Positions 15,149-20,000 of a DNA stretch of 20,000 nt are shown here, piece after piece; position 1 is the stretch's first letter, and each line of letters starts with the position of its first letter. Source of the DNA: an uncultured virus (IMG/VR IMGVR_UViG_3300021255_000006) (taxonomy: Duplodnaviria > Heunggongvirae > Uroviricota > Caudoviricetes); the IMG/VR virus record IMGVR_UViG_3300021255_000006, one strand, 5' to 3'. The notes under the pieces are model-generated. The model searched no databases. It was given only the letters and a program-made list of their open reading frames with translations, and was not told the origin of the DNA. The translations under genes were made by a program, and so were the position numbers.

Positions 15149-17673
15149 CAGATACCCCCTTCCACTCGTGTAACATCGATTGTGATCGGAATAAGTAAAT
15201 TATTGTAATCTTTATTAAATGAGACATTAATGCTAGCCCAATAACCAACACCATTAGGCTCTCTAACGTAACAATCGCCACGGTAAATCTGTAAACGTCT
15301 CAAAGCGTATACTGTATCTCTGTCTGTAGCAGGAATCTCTGACGACCAGTTGCCACTAATACCAAGCTGCGTACCATAATAAGAGACCGGCGCCGATCTT
15401 CCGATATACTCAACCAATGATTTGTCAATCGAGGAAGATTCGGAAACTTTAATATTATAGGGAAGCTTGAGCATGGACCCAACCCATGCCGGCTCGGCCA
15501 ACTCATCGCTATCACCAGAAGGAGCATCAAAATTAGACCATTCTTCGTCCCATTGAATAATGATGCCTGTTTCTCCTACAGGCTCGCCAGGCATGTCATA
15601 AAAACCAACTTGTCCAGTTTCGCTCGACGTCGCGATTATCCTATACCGCGCAAAGTTTAAAGCCGGATGCGGATCAGTAACAACGGTGAGCCTATTATTT
15701 GGAATATCCTCTTGGATTGTTACAAATCGTCCGTCGTATTCTCTGCGACAAACAGTAAGCGTAACCTTCTGAGCTAGTACGTCGTTATCATCTACACAGA
15801 AAGGACGAATATAAGCACAAAGCTTATCTCTATCAACTGTGATTTCAGCATTTGGCCATAGGTTGAACGATGCCCAGTCCATAGCAATGCGTTGCGATGC
15901 TTCCGCTTTGAGGCCGGAATTCATTGAAACGGTAACCTTAACGGTATAACTCATTTCGTTCTCAAAGTCTACGTCACTAGCCTTAAGCGTTCTTGACATT
16001 CTACTAGTTCCACCTGGAATATATTCAGAAAAGATTTCATCTCCAGCTCGAACAATGATTCTTTGACCAATGTCATCAATGGTATCATAAGAGTCATTTG
16101 AAATAATTGAAATGTTCCACCCAACTGGTGTTTGAGTTGAAGGATGCGCTTCTGCATAAATATAAATCGGAAATGAGTCGTATGTGTAAACAGAAGAACC
16201 GGAATTAGCAGTGTCTGTAACTGTCAAGTCTATTGTTGGAGGCGCATACATTACAACAACCCGTTCAGTGGACCAAGGACTATAACCGTCATTATTTGGT
16301 CCACCAGTTGTCATGACGCCACGAGTTCTAACCTGCCAGTGAATAACCATACCTTCTGGATAGTCGATATGAGCTTCACCAATAATGTTATCGCTTTTAT
16401 CGTCAATAATATTCGCATTGGAAGCGTCGACAATGTCCTCGGTTATAGTAATAAACGTATTATAATTCAAATAGCTAGCTTCACCGGGAGTCGTAGATTT
16501 ATAAGTCGGCGAATAAGTTTTCCATCCTTCGTCGTTTATCTTGATTCGAATCTGGGCATTGGACTGGACAGATCCATCCTCAGCATTATGAACCCAATAC
16601 AGTCGAATTTGTTCGCCAACTATTGCCGTCGACGTTTCAGACCATGTAGTTGGAGCTGCAGGAGCGACACCAATAACCACCGAATATATTTCAGACCAAC
16701 CAGACTCTCCCTGAGCATTTTTTGCCTTAACTCTGAAATACCAGGTTGTACCCGAATCCAAACCTTCTATGTAAGCAGTTTCTGTTGTAACAGTTTGACT
16801 TTTAGTAAGAGTAGACGTGTCAAAAAAGTTCTTAGACGTAGTGTACTCTATTGTATAACTATCGGGTTTTGGAGAGACAGCCTTCCAATACAGCCATATA
16901 GACGTCGGCGAATCTATTCTATGACTCGTTATTCGTGTCGGGGCATTTGGAACTGTGCCAAGATTCGATGAATAATCGGACCAATCGCTAACAAGCGTTT
17001 TCTGCGAACTAAGAACAATAGTGCTTGAGATAGATGGTGTGCCGCTTGGGGTAAATACTCTAACAGCTCTGCATCGAGCCTTGTATTTACCACCAGATGC
17101 GACTTTTACCTGATAAGCGGCGTGTTGAGTACGTACTTTTACAATACCGCTTTTGATTGTGTTTTTATCGTCTTTTACTACTTCGAACTCAATATAATGA
17201 GAATTCGGATCTGTAATGTTACTGACCTCAGCCAAAAGGTTGTAACTTCCATCAATGGTAACGGTCGGAGTACTTGGTTTCGCCGGGGTTAATACATTAT
17301 TAAAATCAAATGTCGCCGCAGCGGTGTGCGCCTGCCAATAATGTATTTCAGTTTCGCCTCGCTTATAAGTTCCGGAATGGGGCTGTACTCGAACAGAAAC
17401 CCTCAACGCGTTTGCTGGAGCTTGGTATGTGGCTCGTACAAAGCCGTCTTTACTAGGAAGATTAAGATTTTCGCTGCTTCCTACGAACCACACACCCTGA
17501 CCGGTATAATAACGCCACACAACACCAAAATGGTCGGTATTGCCCTTTGTCCATTTCCATGTGGCATATAGATTTCGATCTGTGCCGGCCTCCAGTCCAA
17601 TTTTCAGGTCGGACACAACATAATATGTAAAGCTTTCACCATAAATACCGTTTCCGGCTAGTTTATTAGCCAT
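15148..17673 (-). CDS. Tail protein with fibronectin type III domains (distal-tail position)
   Basis: 841 aa directly after tape measure (TAATG coupling); Fn3 signature SIWLYWK...GLDSGTTWYFRVKAKNAQGESGWSE. Confidence 0.8.
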   Translation of the reverse strand: MANKLAGNGIYGESFTYYVVSDLKIGLEAGTDRNLYATWKWTKGNTDHFGVVWRYYTGQGVWFVGSSENLNLPSKDGFVRATYQAPANALRVSVRVQPHSGTYKRGETEIHYWQAHTAAATFDFNNVLTPAKPSTPTVTIDGSYNLLAEVSNITDPNSHYIEFEVVKDDKNTIKSGIVKVRTQHAAYQVKVASGGKYKARCRAVRVFTPSGTPSISSTIVLSSQKTLVSDWSDYSSNLGTVPNAPTRITSHRIDSPTSIWLYWKAVSPKPDSYTIEYTTSKNFFDTSTLTKSQTVTTETAYIEGLDSGTTWYFRVKAKNAQGESGWSEIYSVVIGVAPAAPTTWSETSTAIVGEQIRLYWVHNAEDGSVQSNAQIRIKINDEGWKTYSPTYKSTTPGEASYLNYNTFITITEDIVDASNANIIDDKSDNIIGEAHIDYPEGMVIHWQVRTRGVMTTGGPNNDGYSPWSTERVVVMYAPPTIDLTVTDTANSGSSVYTYDSFPIYIYAEAHPSTQTPVGWNISIISNDSYDTIDDIGQRIIVRAGDEIFSEYIPGGTSRMSRTLKASDVDFENEMSYTVKVTVSMNSGLKAEASQRIAMDWASFNLWPNAEITVDRDKLCAYIRPFCVDDNDVLAQKVTLTVCRREYDGRFVTIQEDIPNNRLTVVTDPHPALNFARYRIIATSSETGQVGFYDMPGEPVGETGIIIQWDEEWSNFDAPSGDSDELAEPAWVGSMLKLPYNIKVSESSSIDKSLVEYIGRSAPVSYYGTQLGISGNWSSEIPATDRDTVYALRRLQIYRGDCYVREPNGVGYWASINVSFNKDYNNLLIPITIDVTRVEGGI

Positions 17674-20000
17674 TATGCCCTCCCTTCTATCTTAGCAGCA
17701 CGAATCAATGATCTGACCGCGGTGGATACGTTGCTACCGTCGTCATAAGTTACTCCATTTACATTATAAACATTGCCAGTGTTCCCAATAAGAGCTGACA
17801 GACCATTAATGGCGTCAATAAGACTACCCATCATCTGGTTATCAGAGTCCTGTTTTCGTCTTTTATCTCGGTCTACACTAAGCGAAGCCGCATTTGCAAG
17901 ATCTATATTGCCGTTAAGCGACAAACGATCAGAATCAGGCAGCATAGAGTAAAGTCTATTTGCTCCATTTTGAATTTCAGAAAGATCTAACACCGGAGTG
18001 ATTGTGGGGTCGGTTATGATATCGCCACTCATAAGATCGGCAAGCTGATCTATCGGTCGTTTTGCAGCGTTTATAACACCTTCCATAACACCAACTGATG
18101 CGGCGTTCACTTCTGAACCCATAGCTAGCATACCCTTGATTAGACCTTCGTCAAGAGAATTACCAAGTCTCATCCAAACCTTTGAAGGTGAGTTAACCTG
18201 AGCCGCTTCTCTTGCGGCGGCATTTGCGTCTTCGACAATTTGCCTAGCCACACTACTAACGTAGCTTCCGCTGTCTCGAATACCTTCTGCCAAGCCATTA
18301 CCGAGAGATTCGCCAACGCTTACCCAATCGTCTCGGTTGCTACCAGCTTCATTGCAGGCATCTTGGACTACTGTTGACGCAGATTCAGACACATCTCCAG
18401 ATAACCCATCAATGCCTTCTATCATACTGAGATCAATGTTTTTACCGTTTGTTTCGAATGCTCCGCCATTGATGTAATCTTCGATGTTGAAGTTTGTTGT
18501 ATCCATAAGGTCTGAAGATATGTCTTCCAACCCCGGAATACCACTCTCAAGTCCGGACGCAATTTGACTAGCACCTTCTTCGCCAGTACTTTCAAGTTCG
18601 TTTCCTTTGAGAAATTCATCCATGAAAGAGTTCTTAGCTCCGGAAGCTAAATCTGCAGCAGAGCTGTTTACTCCTTCGCTACTTCCTGTAATTCCGTTAC
18701 TAAGTCCTTCGCCCATCATCTGGCCGACCCACTCCATAACTTTCGACGGAGATTCGATTCCCAATACAGAACAAATTTTGTCAACAATTCCGCCAACAAA
18801 ACCGTCCACCATTTCTAGGATTGCTACGAATGGCGTCGATATACCTTCCATAAAACCTAAGAAAAGGTTAATACCAGCGTCTTTAAATGCTCCTATATGG
18901 GCCATTATGAATTCTACGAGTTTAACTATAAGAAGGCCAACAGCAGCAATAGCCAAAGCCGCTCCAATAGGAATACCATTAATAAGAGCTACAATGATAA
19001 GTGTGCCGGCAAGAAGGAATTGAGGAAGGTGACTTAAAATAGCATCTAATATTGCTTTAAGAAGACCGCCTATAAGACTTAACAGTACCGCTCCAAATTG
19101 AGACGCGCCCTCTATAATCAAATCAAAATTTCCATTAAGATTTATCAATGCTTCAATAAGCACATATATAGCAAGGCTAAGGATTAAGAATCCGGTACCA
19201 AGAAAAATAAGCTTGACTCCTAGAGGGGCTGCTATTGCGGCGGCGGCGACAAATATGAACATCGAACCAGCCAAAGCAATTAAAGCTGAACCAACTGTTT
19301 CTGGGTCAACACCTTTGAAGAAATTAATCGCAACACCCAATGCAATAAAAGCAACACTAATTATTGCGAAGCCAGCGGCTAATATAAAAGCAGAAGTTGC
19401 AAATTTAAGCAAGGTATCTGCTATTTTGTTTAAAGGTGCATCCAAAGCAACCATAACAGCAACCACGCCTGCTAAAATAATCATAGCTCCAACCATAGCC
19501 AGCAAACCTTGTGCAAGATCATCTTGAGCCATGGTGCCGACGATCCTTATAGCAGTAGCAAGAACTAATAGTCCAAGAGCGAATGCAATAGGCATCGCTA
19601 GAACGCTAACATCTAAAGAAGTCTTAAGGTCACTAAGTTCCTTAGCAATAAATGCCATGACAATTAACGAGCCAAGCAATGCTATCATACCATTATTTAT
19701 CTGGTTGTCGTTTAAATCTTTGAGTCGATAAAAAGCTTTCGATATTTTCTCAAGGCCAATAGCATATAATATAGGGAACAAAAGTGCAGAGGCATCTAAT
19801 TTTGTTTTCAGGTCACTAAGTTCCTTAGCAATAAACGCCATTATCGCCAACGTACCAAGCAAAGCGACCATACCATTATTTATCTGGTTGTCTGTCAAGT
19901 CTTTAAGTCTATAAAAGGCTTTCGCTATTTTCTCAAGGCCAATAGCATATAATATAGGGAATAAAAGTGCAGAAACATCTAATTTTGTTTTCAGGTCACT
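17673..20000 (-). CDS. Tail tape measure protein, C-terminal part (runs off right edge)
   Basis: Frame open to 20000; long A/G/L/I-rich helical and hydrophobic stretch; LGIESPSKVM and VNSPSKVW motifs. Confidence 0.9.
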   Translation of the reverse strand, partial: SDLKTKLDVSALLFPILYAIGLEKIAKAFYRLKDLTDNQINNGMVALLGTLAIMAFIAKELSDLKTKLDASALLFPILYAIGLEKISKAFYRLKDLNDNQINNGMIALLGSLIVMAFIAKELSDLKTSLDVSVLAMPIAFALGLLVLATAIRIVGTMAQDDLAQGLLAMVGAMIILAGVVAVMVALDAPLNKIADTLLKFATSAFILAAGFAIISVAFIALGVAINFFKGVDPETVGSALIALAGSMFIFVAAAAIAAPLGVKLIFLGTGFLILSLAIYVLIEALINLNGNFDLIIEGASQFGAVLLSLIGGLLKAILDAILSHLPQFLLAGTLIIVALINGIPIGAALAIAAVGLLIVKLVEFIMAHIGAFKDAGINLFLGFMEGISTPFVAILEMVDGFVGGIVDKICSVLGIESPSKVMEWVGQMMGEGLSNGITGSSEGVNSSAADLASGAKNSFMDEFLKGNELESTGEEGASQIASGLESGIPGLEDISSDLMDTTNFNIEDYINGGAFETNGKNIDLSMIEGIDGLSGDVSESASTVVQDACNEAGSNRDDWVSVGESLGNGLAEGIRDSGSYVSSVARQIVEDANAAAREAAQVNSPSKVWMRLGNSLDEGLIKGMLAMGSEVNAASVGVMEGVINAAKRPIDQLADLMSGDIITDPTITPVLDLSEIQNGANRLYSMLPDSDRLSLNGNIDLANAASLSVDRDKRRKQDSDNQMMGSLIDAINGLSALIGNTGNVYNVNGVTYDDGSNVSTAVRSLIRAAKIEGRA
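19628..20000 (-). repeat. 183-bp (61-aa) tandem repeat in tape measure gene
   Basis: GGTCACT at 19628, 19811 and 19994; TCTCAAGGCCAATAGCATATAATATAGGGA at 19748 and 19931. Confidence 0.9.

Noticed and set aside
713..19731. Plus-strand and nested alternative-frame ORFs in the ORF track
   Set aside because: They overlap well-supported minus-strand genes and show no recognisable motifs; treated as shadow ORFs

Overview
A 20-kb segment of a temperate tailed phage, probably a siphovirus of a Firmicutes/Clostridia-type host (inferred from the integrase, holin and RBS style). All credible genes are on the minus strand. In transcription order (right to left): C-terminal tape measure, Fn3-containing tail protein, two more tail proteins, two holin-like genes, two large tail-associated carbohydrate esterases (SGNH; polysaccharide deacetylase), terminator, tyrosine integrase, attP-like region, RinA/ArpU-like regulator, then an early region of small genes. 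The main observation is the architecture of 1.1-6.0 kb. Seven self-contained cassettes, each [gapless 25-bp motif CGC-n3-ATAAACA-n9-ATG, one cargo, intrinsic terminator], sit at the junctions of an otherwise tightly packed operon. Five cargoes are small proteins. One is a tRNA-shaped RNA with a 4-nt anticodon loop, and one is a short structured RNA or minigene. A pseudoknot-forming element lies upstream of the integrase. Family assignments come from motif recognition by eye, not database searches.
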